Assembly (NCBI GenBank): GCA_031372565.1
Contig: JANMLN010000063.1
Location: 1 to 31,682, forward strand
Length of the DNA: 31,682 nt
Direction of reading: 5' to 3'
Origin: Gemmatimonadota bacterium
Lineage (GTDB): Bacteria > Gemmatimonadota > Gemmatimonadetes > Gemmatimonadales > Gemmatimonadaceae
The notes beneath the pieces were generated by a model. It saw nothing but the letters and a program-made list of their open reading frames with translations. It had not been told where the DNA came from and searched no databases. This document shows, piece after piece, positions 18,517-28,294 of this stretch; position 1 is the first letter of the stretch; each line of letters opens with the position of its first letter. Position numbers and translations under genes: made by a program.

Positions 18517-19467
18517 TCATCCGAACTCGGCGAATCGCTGCTCGGCCCGGTGGAAGATCAGCGCGCTGATCGCCAGAAAGCCGAACGATGCCGCCGCGCT
18601 GTACGCCAGCAACCATGGTGTCCAGAAGGCGAAGCCCTGGGGGGCGGCGAGCGGGGTGAGCAGGTTGTGGCCGTTGACGATCGACAGGCGCAATCCTTCG
18701 AGGATCGGGGCGACAGGATTGAGCATGAGCAGTCGGCACCCCAACCGTCCGAACTGCGGGGCATCCAGCAACACCGGCGTGGCGAAGATGCCGAAGGTGA
18801 GGAAGACCTGCACGATGTACTTCACATCGCGAAAGAACAGGTTCGCGCAGCTCAGGATCAGGGCCATCGCGAGCGCGAAGACCCAGAGCAACCCCAGCAG
18901 CAGAGGCACCCACAGCAAGGCCCAACTGAGGTGCACGCCGAGAAAGGGCAGCACCAGCGTCACCAACACGAGGCCGATCGAGGAATCGAAGCTCTGCGCC
19001 AGGACGGCGGCCAGCGGGAGGGTTTCGCGCGGAAAGTAGATCTTGGTCACCAACGACATGTTGGCTACGAGACTCGGCGTGCCCATCGTCAGGCAGCCCG
19101 AGAAAAAGGCCCACGGCACCGACTTGACCGTCATGCCGGCGACCTGGTCGAGATTCAGCGACCTGCCCGCCGCATGGGCAAGCGCCAAGCGCAGGGTGAG
19201 CCCGGCCAGGATGATGCTGACCGGGACGAGGAGCGCCCAGGCGAATCCGAACGCCGCCTGCTTGTAGCGCACGGTGATGTCCCGGCGCACGAGCTGCCGC
19301 AGCAGGTCACCGACCCCCAACATGTCGGAGACGATCTCGCGGAAGTCACCCACGACGGTCCGCGTCGGCTCCGGCGGAAGCTCCCGAACCACAGGAGCGC
19401 TCGTGCGACCCGCAGTGGTGGGAACCGACTCAGAAGCGGAGGTGGCGGACACGGCGGCGGTCTTCAC
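18517..19467 (-). CDS. wzm: Polysaccharide ABC-2 transporter permease
   Basis: LVRRDITVRYKQAAFGFAWALL, LVTKIYFPRE, FFRDVKYIV, LNPVAPILEGLR, FHRAEQRFAE. Start position uncertain. Confidence 0.92.
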   Translation of the reverse strand: MKTAAVSATSASESVPTTAGRTSAPVVRELPPEPTRTVVGDFREIVSDMLGVGDLLRQLVRRDITVRYKQAAFGFAWALLVPVSIILAGLTLRLALAHAAGRSLNLDQVAGMTVKSVPWAFFSGCLTMGTPSLVANMSLVTKIYFPRETLPLAAVLAQSFDSSIGLVLVTLVLPFLGVHLSWALLWVPLLLGLLWVFALAMALILSCANLFFRDVKYIVQVFLTFGIFATPVLLDAPQFGRLGCRLLMLNPVAPILEGLRLSIVNGHNLLTPLAAPQGFAFWTPWLLAYSAAASFGFLAISALIFHRAEQRFAEFG

Positions 19468-19752
19468 GGGGAAGGCGTTCAGTTGGTTCGGGGAGGCGTA
19501 ACGCGCTCATTCACGTGACACCTGACAGGACCCACCGCTGCAGCCCCTCTGCGTGGCCTATGGCGGATGGTCGTGCATCCCGTACGTTAGCACAAACTTA
19601 GCGACTTGTCCCCGTTGCAACACGCTCGCGGCAGTCCGGTTGCAAAGGTGGCGCATGGCAGCAGGAGCCAGCGCGGCCACACGGTTCGATCAGCGGCTCC
19701 GGACCGCTCGCCCATCGTGCCAGCGTGGCGATCCCGCCCCTCACCTCGACGC

Positions 19753-21354
19753 ATGACGCCTTGGCACCAGCGTTACGACCCGCTCGACTCGGCCCTCGCG
19801 TCCACGCTGCTGGCGGCGCTGCCGCTGGTCGTGCTCCTCGGGCTGCTCGCGTCGCACAAGGTGCGGGCCCCCGTCGCGGCGTTGGTCGCGGCCGCCACGG
19901 CTGGCCTGGTTGCTGCCCTCGTGTTCGGCATGCCGGTCCGACTCGTGGTGGCCAGCGCCGCCTTCGGTGCGGCATACGGCCTGTTTCCCATCGGGTGGAT
20001 CGTCCTCAACGTGATCTTCCTGTACCGGTTGACGCTCGAGCGCGGGCACTTCGACCTGGTGCGCCAGAGCATTGCCGGCATCACGGATGACAAGCGCCTG
20101 CAGCTGTTGCTCATTGCCTTCGCTTTCGGCGCGTTCTTCGAGGGGGCCGCTGGCTTCGGGACGCCGGTGGCGGTCACCGCCGCGCTGTTGCTCGGCCTTG
20201 GCTTTTCGCCGCTTGAGGCATCGGGTCTCTCGCTGATTGCCAACACGGCGCCGGTGGCCTTCGGCGCGCTCGGCACCCCCATCATCGCGCTGCAAGGCGC
20301 GACCGGGCTTGAACTCCGCGACCTCTCGGCCATGGTGGGTCGGCAGCTGCCGTTCTTCTCGGTGATCATCCCGTTCTGGCTCGTTGCGGCCTATGCGGGA
20401 CGGCGTGGTGTGCGCGAGGTGTGGCCAGCGCTCGTCGTCGCGGGCCTGAGCTTCGCCGTTCCGCAGTGGGCCATGGCCACCTTTCACGGACCGTGGCTGG
20501 TGGACGTGGTCGCGGCGGTGTGCTGCATCGGCTGCACGGTCGCCTTTCTCCGCGTGTGGCAGCCGCCGCGCGCCGGCGCGTTGCCTGATCGCCCGAGTGG
20601 CGCAGCGCGAACACCACGCGCCCCCGGCACCATGCGCGCGTGGCTTCCGTGGGGACTGCTCTCGCTGGTCGTCTTTCTGTGGGGATTGCCGCAGGTCAAG
20701 GGCGCGCTCAACGCGGTGAGCGCGCCACGCATCGCGGTGCCGTACCTCGACGGCGCGGTGCTGCGCATGCCGCCGGTCGTCGCCGCCGCCACGGCGGAAC
20801 CGGCGATCTTCGCGTTCAACTGGCTCACCGCCACGGGGAGTGCCATCCTGATCGCAGCGCTGCTCTCAGCCCCGCTGCTCGGTGTCGGGGCACGCGACGT
20901 TGGCCGCATCTACCTCGGGACCCTGCGGGACGTGCGCGCCTCGCTCGTGACCATCGCCGCCATGCTGGCCATCGGATACCTCACCCGCTTTTCCGGCATG
21001 GACAGTGTGCTCGGGCTCGCCTTTGCCGCCGCAGGGCCCGCATATCCATTCTTCGGAACGCTGCTCGGCTGGCTGGGGGTCGCCATCACCGGATCGGATA
21101 CCGCCTCCAACGTGCTCTTCGGTAACCTGCAGGTGGTCACGGCGCGGCAGGTGGGTGTCGATCCCGTCCTCATGGCCGCCGCCAACTCGAGTGGTGGCGT
21201 GATGGGCAAGATGATCGACGCGCAGAGCATCGTTGTCGCGAGGACCGCGACGGGCTGGTCCGGGTCGGAGGGAACGATCCTGCGCTTCGTCTTCTGGCAC
21301 AGCCTCGCGCTCGCGGTTCTGGTGGGCCTCTTCGTTACCGTGCAGTCGCTCTGA
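19753..21354 (+). CDS. L-lactate/glycolate permease (LctP family)
   Basis: WHQRYDP, FPIGWIVLNVIFLY, DKRLQLLLIAFAFGAFFEGAAGFGTP, GSDTASNVLFGNLQ, GGVMGKMI. ATG at 19753. Confidence 0.95.
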   Translation: MTPWHQRYDPLDSALASTLLAALPLVVLLGLLASHKVRAPVAALVAAATAGLVAALVFGMPVRLVVASAAFGAAYGLFPIGWIVLNVIFLYRLTLERGHFDLVRQSIAGITDDKRLQLLLIAFAFGAFFEGAAGFGTPVAVTAALLLGLGFSPLEASGLSLIANTAPVAFGALGTPIIALQGATGLELRDLSAMVGRQLPFFSVIIPFWLVAAYAGRRGVREVWPALVVAGLSFAVPQWAMATFHGPWLVDVVAAVCCIGCTVAFLRVWQPPRAGALPDRPSGAARTPRAPGTMRAWLPWGLLSLVVFLWGLPQVKGALNAVSAPRIAVPYLDGAVLRMPPVVAAATAEPAIFAFNWLTATGSAILIAALLSAPLLGVGARDVGRIYLGTLRDVRASLVTIAAMLAIGYLTRFSGMDSVLGLAFAAAGPAYPFFGTLLGWLGVAITGSDTASNVLFGNLQVVTARQVGVDPVLMAAANSSGGVMGKMIDAQSIVVARTATGWSGSEGTILRFVFWHSLALAVLVGLFVTVQSL

Positions 21355-21398
21355 TCCAGAAGGCGATGCTGCCACGACCACGCTCCGGGAGTCACCGC

Positions 21399-22301
21399 AT
21401 GATGCGACACTCATGGTTTGCAGGCTCGCTCCTCGTGCTCCTGGGCGCTCCAGCCCACGCGCAGCGGTCCGACACCGCCGCCACAAAGGCCTGGCTGCTC
21501 GCCGCCGATCGGACGTTGGCTGCCGCGGTCGCCGAGCGGGGGATCGAGGCGCTTGTCCACGTGCTCACGCCCGAGGCGGCCGTGCTTATACCGGGCCACC
21601 CCGTGCTCTCAGGTTCCGAAGCCGAGGCGCCGCTCGTGGCGCGCTACGGCGGCCGCTCGCGCACGACGTGGCGTGTGGCAGCAGCCGTGGCATCGACCGA
21701 TCCCATCTTCGGATGCACGATCGGCGTCTCCACGTTCATCAGTGGTGGCGACACGCTGCATCGCGAGCGCGCTGGGGACTATCTCCTCTGCTGGCGCCGC
21801 GGGCCTGGAGGGAGCCCACAGCTGATCGGCTTTCAGCGCGATGACGCGCCGCCCGGCGCGCGACCGCCTGCCAGTGACGCTCCAACCCCTGCGATGCCGC
21901 ATTCGGCGACCGAGCCAGGCGGCGTCCGAGCACTCGCCGACGCGCAGGACGCGGACGCAGCCTTTGCCCGCGCCGGAGGGACGCGCGCGGGACCAGGTGA
22001 GGCCTTCGCGCGATGGATCGCGCCCGATGGTCTCTTCCCCGGCGATCTCACCGGCGCACGCGGGCCCGCGCTTGCGCAGGCATCGTTCGCCAAGTGGCCT
22101 GCAGGGGCGCAGTTGCTGTGGGAGCCCATGCGCTCAGCTGGGTACGGCTCGGGCGGCCTCGCGTTCACCGTGGGTCATGCCGTGCGTCGCAACGCCGGCA
22201 CGGAGGCGGACGTCGGACGCTCCAAGTACTTCACCGTGTGGCGACTGGAACCCGATGGACGGTGGCGCTGGATCTTCGACCTCGGTTCGCCGCGCCCGTA
22301 G
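21399..22301 (+). CDS. Secreted protein with two NTF2-like (DUF4440/SnoaL-like) domains
   Basis: Signal peptide ending AHA-Q. Repeat 1 is LLAADRTLAAA...GDYLLCWRR and repeat 2 is DADAAFARA...SKYFTVWRLEPDGRWRWIFDLGS. A Pro-rich linker joins them. Confidence 0.75.
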   Translation: MMRHSWFAGSLLVLLGAPAHAQRSDTAATKAWLLAADRTLAAAVAERGIEALVHVLTPEAAVLIPGHPVLSGSEAEAPLVARYGGRSRTTWRVAAAVASTDPIFGCTIGVSTFISGGDTLHRERAGDYLLCWRRGPGGSPQLIGFQRDDAPPGARPPASDAPTPAMPHSATEPGGVRALADAQDADAAFARAGGTRAGPGEAFARWIAPDGLFPGDLTGARGPALAQASFAKWPAGAQLLWEPMRSAGYGSGGLAFTVGHAVRRNAGTEADVGRSKYFTVWRLEPDGRWRWIFDLGSPRP

Positions 22302-22418
22302 GGCTACTGGTCGCGAGTCACGGCACTCGTTCGAGAGGCAATCCAGTTCAGCAGCATCAGCGTGGGCATGACAGAAGGAAGGATTTCGCGCTGCGTGTCC
22401 GACGCAGAGCGGGTACCC

Positions 22419-22490
22419 TTGCAAATATAAAACATCCGGATAATATACGGGCAATTAGGGAATATTGCCTGTTGTATCCGTGTAAAACAT
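22419..22490 (+). promoter_or_regulatory. AT-rich promoter/operator region of the DUF2239-MATE operon
   Basis: TTGCAA (22419-22424), N16, TAATAT (22441-22446). Three related boxes: ATCCGGATAA (22434), ATACGGGCAA (22445), ATCCGTGTAA (22476). Confidence 0.55.
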
Positions 22491-22492
22491 AT

Positions 22493-23137
22493 ATGCCTGG
22501 TTACATTGCATTCGCGAGCGGCCGGTTGCTGGCTCGCGGCCCCCTCCTCGAGGTCGCGCGCGCTGCCAAGCTCGCCACCGACGCGGGCGCGCCCCGCGTC
22601 GTCCAAGTCTTTGACGAGCGCACCAGCCAGCCGCGCGATCTCGATTTGGGCGGCTCGATCGACGATGTGATCGCTCGTCTCCGATTCGACGATGACGCCG
22701 AACCAGCGGGCGCAGCGGTCGGCGCTCTGGCCGACGCCGCGTCGGTGGCTGCGGGAGGCCGCGGTGCCGCGGTGCCGCATCGCGCCGGCCCCGGTCGTCC
22801 CAAGCTCGGCGTCGTCGCGCGCGAGGTGACGCTCCTCCCGCGCCACTGGGCCTGGCTCAACGACCAGCCTGGCGGCGCCTCGGCCGCACTGCGTCGCCTC
22901 GTGGACGAGGCGCGCACCCGCTACGCGGCCCGCGACGAGCTCCGCCGTGCGCGCGACGCGGTGTACCGGTTCCTGCTCGCCACGCTCGGCGACGCGCACG
23001 GCTTCGAAGAAGCGATGCGCGCGCTGTACGCCGACGATGAAGATCGCTTCATCGCGGAGAGTGCGCCGTGGCCTCCCGACCTCCGTACCCACGCGCTGCG
23101 GTTGTCGCGTGCCGTCTTTCACCCGACGTCTGCCTGA
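22493..23137 (+). CDS. DUF2239 family protein
   Basis: YIAFASGRLLARG, VFDERT..DLDLGGS and the hallmark GPGRPKLGVVAREVTLLPRHWAWLNDQPGGASAALRRLV, then GFEEAMRALYA. ATG at 22493. Confidence 0.9.
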   Translation: MPGYIAFASGRLLARGPLLEVARAAKLATDAGAPRVVQVFDERTSQPRDLDLGGSIDDVIARLRFDDDAEPAGAAVGALADAASVAAGGRGAAVPHRAGPGRPKLGVVAREVTLLPRHWAWLNDQPGGASAALRRLVDEARTRYAARDELRRARDAVYRFLLATLGDAHGFEEAMRALYADDEDRFIAESAPWPPDLRTHALRLSRAVFHPTSA

Positions 23138-23138
23138 C

Positions 23139-24527
23139 ATGCAGGACTTCACGCAGGGCTCCATTCCGAACCACATCATCCGCATGGCGGTGCCGGTCTT
23201 CGCCGGGATGATCTTCCAGACGCTCTACTTCCTCGTCGACCTCTTTTTCGTCTCGAGGTTGGGCGATGCCTCGGTGGCGGGGGTGAGCGCGGCCGGCAAC
23301 CTGCAATTCATCGTCATGGCGCTCACGCAGGTGCTGAGCGTGGGCACCATGGTGCTCATCTCGCATGCGAGCGGGCGCAAGGATCGCGATGATGCCAACC
23401 GCGTCTTCCATCAGTCGCTGTTGCTCGCCGTGGCGTGCATGGTGGTCACGCTGGTCGTGGGCTACAGCCTGGCCGGGCGCTTCGCGCGTGGCATCGGGGC
23501 CGATCAGGCCACGGCGGACGCCGCCACCGCGTACCTCCATGCGTACCTGCCCGCGCTGGCGCTGCAGTTCGCGCTCGTGACGGTCGCGGCGGCGCTCCGC
23601 GGAACCGGGGTGGCCAAGCCCACGATGGTCGTGCAGGTGCTCTCGGTGGTGCTCAACGCGGTGCTTGCCCCGGTGCTGATCGCGGGGTGGGGGACGGGGC
23701 ATCCGCTGGGTGCGGCCGGTGCCGGCCTCGCGTCGTCCGTCTCGGTGCTGGCGGCCGTGCTGCTGCTGCTCTGGTACTTCACGAAGCTCGAGACCTTCGT
23801 GACCTTCGACCGCGCGCAGCTTGTGGTGCACGTGGACACGTGGAAGCGCATTCTCAGGATCGGCCTCCCGGCAGGAGGCGAGTTCGCCCTCATGTTCGTG
23901 TACATGGGCGTCATCTACGTCATCATCCGCGATCTCGGCGCCGCCGCGCAGGCGGGGTTCGGCATCGGCTCGCGCGTGATGCAGTCGCTGTTCATTCCCG
24001 CCATGGCCATCGCCTTCGCGGCGAGTCCGATCGCCGGACAGAACATCGGGGCAGGGAAGCTGCACCGCGCGCGCGAGACGTTCATGACCGGCGTGGCGAT
24101 GGAGACGGTCTGCATGCTCATCCTCACCGGCGTCGCGCAGTGGCTCGGCGGATCGCTCGTGGGCGTGTTCACGACGGAGCCGGCCGTCGTTGCCGTGGCG
24201 ACGACCTTCCTCGGGATCATCTCGGTCAACTTCGCGGCACAGGGGGTGATCTTCACCTCCTCGGGCATGTTCCAGGCGCTCGGCAACACCGTGCCCGCGA
24301 TGATCTCCAGCGGCACGCGGGTGCTCACCTTTGCCGGACCCGGATGGTGGCTGTCGCGTCAGCCGGGGTTCGAGCTCAAGCAGCTGTGGTACCTGAGCGT
24401 GGCGACGGTGACGCTGCAGGCGGTGGTGAGCGTGGCGCTGCTGGCGCGCGAGTGGAAAAAGCGTCAGGCGGCGGGCGCGAGTGTGTCGGCGCGCGGCATG
24501 ACGGAGGTCGAATCGGTCACGGCGTGA
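23139..24527 (+). CDS. MATE family efflux transporter
   Basis: MQDFTQGSI..HIIRMAVP, LVDLFFVSRLG, ALRGTG, ILRIGLP, GQNIGAG, FQALGNT, about 12 TM. Starts 1 nt after the DUF2239 stop. Confidence 0.95.
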   Translation: MQDFTQGSIPNHIIRMAVPVFAGMIFQTLYFLVDLFFVSRLGDASVAGVSAAGNLQFIVMALTQVLSVGTMVLISHASGRKDRDDANRVFHQSLLLAVACMVVTLVVGYSLAGRFARGIGADQATADAATAYLHAYLPALALQFALVTVAAALRGTGVAKPTMVVQVLSVVLNAVLAPVLIAGWGTGHPLGAAGAGLASSVSVLAAVLLLLWYFTKLETFVTFDRAQLVVHVDTWKRILRIGLPAGGEFALMFVYMGVIYVIIRDLGAAAQAGFGIGSRVMQSLFIPAMAIAFAASPIAGQNIGAGKLHRARETFMTGVAMETVCMLILTGVAQWLGGSLVGVFTTEPAVVAVATTFLGIISVNFAAQGVIFTSSGMFQALGNTVPAMISSGTRVLTFAGPGWWLSRQPGFELKQLWYLSVATVTLQAVVSVALLAREWKKRQAAGASVSARGMTEVESVTA

Positions 24528-24535
24528 TGCACGTC

Positions 24536-24575
24536 GCGAGTGCGCTCATCCACCAAGGTGGGTGAGCGCACTCGC
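24536..24575. terminator. Long hairpin between convergent MATE and thiolase genes (candidate bidirectional terminator)
   Basis: GCGAGTGCGCTCATCCACC-AA-GGTGGGTGAGCGCACTCGC: 19-nt arms with one G-U pair. No U-tract. Confidence 0.6.
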
Positions 24576-24628
24576 CACGCCGCGCAGCACCCGCACGAGG
24601 AGCCGTGCGGGGCCGTGTCCTGTCCGTG

Positions 24629-25798
24629 CTACGCTGCCTCGAAGATCCCCGCCGCACCCATCCCGCCGCCAATGCACATCGTCACCATCCCGTAGCCGCC
24701 ACCGCTGCGGCCGAGCTGATGCACGAGCTGCGTGGTGAGCTTCGCGCCGGTCGCGCCCAACGGGTGACCCAACGCGATCGCACCGCCGTTCAGGTTCACG
24801 CGGCTCATGTCCATCTCGAGCGTGCGTGCCACGGCCAGCGCCTGCGCCGCGAACGCCTCGTTGAACTCGATCACCTTGATGTCGTTCAACGCGAGACCGG
24901 CACGCTTGAGCGCCTTCGGTACCGCCTTGATCGGCCCCACACCCATGATGTCCGGGTCGACGCCTGCCACGGCGAACGTCACGAACCGCGCCAGGGGGGT
25001 GAGGCCCAGCGCCTGTGCGCGCTCGCCGCTCATGACCAGCACCGCAGCCGCACCATCGGAAAAGGGCGATGCATTGCCGGCCGTGACGGTGCCCTTGACC
25101 TTGAACGCAGGCGGCAACTTGGCGAGGCGTTCCACACTTGAGTCGGCGCGCACCAGCTCGTCGGTGCTGAAGGCGCCCTTCTTCACGACCTTCCTGGTGC
25201 CTTCCCACGTCACCGACTCGACCTCGATCGGCACCAGTTCCGGCGTGAAGACGCCGCTGGCGAGTGCTGCGGCCGCCTTGCGATGCGAGTCCACCGAGAA
25301 CGCATCCGCGTCCTCGCGCGAGATCTTCCACCGCTCGGCGACGTTCTCCGCCGTGAACCCCATGCCGATGTAGGTCTCGGTCAGCTCGGGGTGCAACCGC
25401 GGATGATAGCCGGTCATCGGCACGAGACTCATCATCTCGCACCCGCCGGCCAGCACCACGTCGGCCGTGTTCGCGATGATCGCCTGCGCGGCCATCGCCA
25501 CGGTCTGCAGACCGCTCGAGCAGAACCGGTTGACCGTCGCCGCCGGCACATCGGTCGGAAAGCCGGCGCGAAGCACGGCGGTCCGGGCAAAGTTGAGTCC
25601 CTGCCCACCCTCGGGGTTCGCGCACCCCCACAGCACGTCATCCAGTTCGGCGGTGTCGAGCCCGACACGCTCGACCGCCGCCTTCATCACGGCCGCCGAC
25701 AGGTCCGTCGGCGTGACGTTGGCCAACGAGCCGTCCTTCTTGCCGCGGCCCACGGCGGAGCGCACGGCGCTCACGATCACTGCTTCACGCATGCTCAT
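24629..25798 (-). CDS. fadA: Acetyl-CoA C-acyltransferase (3-ketoacyl-CoA thiolase)
   Basis: [39 protein letters not shown]. Directly downstream of the fadN-like gene. Confidence 0.9.
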   Translation of the reverse strand: MSMREAVIVSAVRSAVGRGKKDGSLANVTPTDLSAAVMKAAVERVGLDTAELDDVLWGCANPEGGQGLNFARTAVLRAGFPTDVPAATVNRFCSSGLQTVAMAAQAIIANTADVVLAGGCEMMSLVPMTGYHPRLHPELTETYIGMGFTAENVAERWKISREDADAFSVDSHRKAAAALASGVFTPELVPIEVESVTWEGTRKVVKKGAFSTDELVRADSSVERLAKLPPAFKVKGTVTAGNASPFSDGAAAVLVMSGERAQALGLTPLARFVTFAVAGVDPDIMGVGPIKAVPKALKRAGLALNDIKVIEFNEAFAAQALAVARTLEMDMSRVNLNGGAIALGHPLGATGAKLTTQLVHQLGRSGGGYGMVTMCIGGGMGAAGIFEAA

Positions 25799-25800
25799 GG

Positions 25801-28119
25801 TCAGTTCCTCAGGGGCTTGCCGGTCTCGAGCATGTGCTTGATGCGCGCCTGCGTTTCCTTGGTGCCGAGCAAGCTCAGCGTGCCTTCGCGCTCAAGATCG
25901 AGGATATCCCACTCGGACACGTCGCGGGCGGGGCCATCGCCGCCGCTCAACACGTACGCGATCCGGTCACCAATGACGATGTCGTGCGCGCTGGCCATGC
26001 CGCCTTCCTTGAACGACCAGAGCGCGTACTTGAGGTTGCCGTACGCTTCGGCGCCCAGGGCGCGAATCGTGCGGCGTGGCGGCGCGACGTAGTCAGGCGC
26101 CAGGTCCAGCACGCGCTGCTTCGCGTCGGACAAGAGCAGGTCGCGGTTCATGCTGATCCGGTCGCCCGGGCGCAGGAAGCCGAACTTCTGCGCCTCGAGT
26201 GCGCTCGTGCTGGTCTGCGCCATCGTGATCAGCTTGAAGGCGCGGGTGATCGCCTCGAACGGATCGGCGTTGTCGTAGCGCGCCAGTTCCTCGGTGAAGC
26301 GGAAGAGCAACTCCTTGGTGCCACCGCCACTTGGCAGAATGCCGACGCCGACTTCCACGAGGCCCATGTACAGCTCGGCGTTCGCCTGCACCCGATCGCA
26401 GTGCATGGAGAACTCGCACCCGCCGCCCAGCGTGAGGCCGTGCGGTGCCGCCACCACCGGCACCGGCGACTCGCGCAGCCGCATGGCGGTTTCCTGGAAG
26501 ACCCGCGCGCCCACTTCGAGCTCCTTCCACTTGCCTTCCATGATCAGCTGCCCGACTCCGGCAAGGTTGGCCCCGGCGGTGAAGGTGCGCTTGTCATCGT
26601 TCCCGAGCACGAGGCCCGTATAGCCCGCTTCCACCCGGTCGAGTGCACTGTGAATCGCCCGCAGCACCCCTTCGCCCAAGGTGTTCATCTTGCTGCGGAA
26701 TTCGAGGCAGAGCACGCCGTCGCCCAGATCGATGAGGGCGGCGTCCTGCGTCGCTTCCACCACCTTGCCCGTGCGCTTGAGCGAGTCGAGCACGAAGGCG
26801 CCGGCGATGGCGGGATAGTTGAGGTAGCCGCCATCATTGCCGAGGTAGCCTTCCGAGCCGCCCGCCGGCTTGTAGAACGAGCCGATGACCGTAGTGAGCA
26901 TGGCCGGCTCGTCCTGCTGGCGCTGCGCACACTGGTAGCGGAGCCAGTCGGCACCGAGCATGTCCATGATGCGGTACGGGCCCACGTCCCAGCCGTAGCC
27001 CCACTCGAGCGCGCGGTCGACGGCCACCAGGTCGTGCGCGAGCTCGGGGGTCTTGGCGAGTGTGTAGAGCGCCGTTTCAGCCAGCAGGTCGCGCAGGAAG
27101 TCGAAGTGCGCGCCCGGCAGTTCCTTGATCCTGGCGATCCGGTCGGGAAGCGGGAGCTTCATGAGCATGCCCAACTCGGGCGACTCGACCTTCTGCTGCG
27201 GGCCGTACGCGCCGGTCTTCCAATCGAAGGTCTCGATCGTCGGCTTGCCGCCCTTCGCCGCAGTCTTCTTGTAGAAGCCGCCCCCCGCCTTGTCGCCGAG
27301 CGCGCCCGCCTTGACCAGGCCGGTCACCCAGTCGGGAATGCTGAAGTTCTCACCGGTCTGTTGGCTGAGTCCGGCGGCGACGTGCGTCAGGATGTCGAGC
27401 CCGGAGAGATCACCCGTCCGGAAGACGGCGGTCTTGGGGCGACCGAGCAAGGGGCCGGTGAGCGCGTCGACTTCGTCGATGCTCAGGCCATGCTGTTGCA
27501 TCAGTCGCAGCGCGGTCACCATGCCGAACATGCCCAGCCGGTTGGCGATGAAGCCGGGTTGGTCCTTGCAGATCACCACCCCCTTTCCGAATGCGCGCTC
27601 CGCCATGATGCGCGTCCAGCGCAGCACCTCGGGTGCGGTGTCGGGAGTCGGGATGATCTCCAGCAGGTGCATGTAGCGCACCGGATTGAAGAAGTGCGTG
27701 CCGACGAAACGACGCTTGAAGTCGTCGGAGCGTCCCTTGGTGAGCACGCTCATCGGGATGCCGCTCGTGTTCGACGCGATGATGGCCGTCGGCTTGGCGA
27801 GCGTCTCGAGCTTCTCGAACAACGCCTGCTTCGGCCCGGGAAGCTCGATGATGGCCTCGACGATGAAGTCGCAGTCGGCGAGGAGGCCCAAGTCGTCTTC
27901 GGTGTTGCCCGTGCGCACGAGACTCGCCCGCGCGGGATCCATGAAGGCGGCGGGCTTGGCCTTGATGGCCTTCGCGAGGCCGTCGCGCGCCGGCTTGCCG
28001 CGATCCTCCGCGCCCGGTATGTCGAGGAGTACCACCGGCATGCCGGCGCTCGCGGCGAGGGCGGCAATGCCGCTGCCCATCGCACCCGCGCCCACAACGC
28101 CAATCTTTGCAATCCGCAT
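25801..28119 (-). CDS. fadN: 3-hydroxyacyl-CoA dehydrogenase / enoyl-CoA hydratase family fusion (FadN-type domain order)
   Basis: [37 protein letters not shown]-terminal crotonase [14 protein letters not shown]. Ends [13 protein letters not shown] at 28119. Confidence 0.9.
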   Translation of the reverse strand: MRIAKIGVVGAGAMGSGIAALAASAGMPVVLLDIPGAEDRGKPARDGLAKAIKAKPAAFMDPARASLVRTGNTEDDLGLLADCDFIVEAIIELPGPKQALFEKLETLAKPTAIIASNTSGIPMSVLTKGRSDDFKRRFVGTHFFNPVRYMHLLEIIPTPDTAPEVLRWTRIMAERAFGKGVVICKDQPGFIANRLGMFGMVTALRLMQQHGLSIDEVDALTGPLLGRPKTAVFRTGDLSGLDILTHVAAGLSQQTGENFSIPDWVTGLVKAGALGDKAGGGFYKKTAAKGGKPTIETFDWKTGAYGPQQKVESPELGMLMKLPLPDRIARIKELPGAHFDFLRDLLAETALYTLAKTPELAHDLVAVDRALEWGYGWDVGPYRIMDMLGADWLRYQCAQRQQDEPAMLTTVIGSFYKPAGGSEGYLGNDGGYLNYPAIAGAFVLDSLKRTGKVVEATQDAALIDLGDGVLCLEFRSKMNTLGEGVLRAIHSALDRVEAGYTGLVLGNDDKRTFTAGANLAGVGQLIMEGKWKELEVGARVFQETAMRLRESPVPVVAAPHGLTLGGGCEFSMHCDRVQANAELYMGLVEVGVGILPSGGGTKELLFRFTEELARYDNADPFEAITRAFKLITMAQTSTSALEAQKFGFLRPGDRISMNRDLLLSDAKQRVLDLAPDYVAPPRRTIRALGAEAYGNLKYALWSFKEGGMASAHDIVIGDRIAYVLSGGDGPARDVSEWDILDLEREGTLSLLGTKETQARIKHMLETGKPLRN

Positions 28120-28294
28120 CTGCGGGACCCTGCTTGAAGTTGAGGGTTCAACGTTGGCGACGGCCTCAGGCCCGGTGTAGGCGCTCGGCCTGATTTCCGC
28201 CAACGGAGGGGAATGTCGCGAGCGGGGACGAGACGCGCAAACCGTCACACGCGACGCCTTGTCCGCTCGCGCGCAGCCGTTTCGATTCCACCCC

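Noticed and set aside
13119..19467. Genomic island or prophage origin of the central minus-strand block
   Set aside because: No integrase, tRNA, att-like repeats or obvious compositional shift in the coding regions was seen by eye.
19580..19650. Promoter or operator between divergent wzm and lactate permease (GTTGCAA twice, sigma54-like look)
   Set aside because: The -35/-10 spacing does not fit, the sigma54 GG dinucleotide is absent, and 7-bp repeats alone are too weak.
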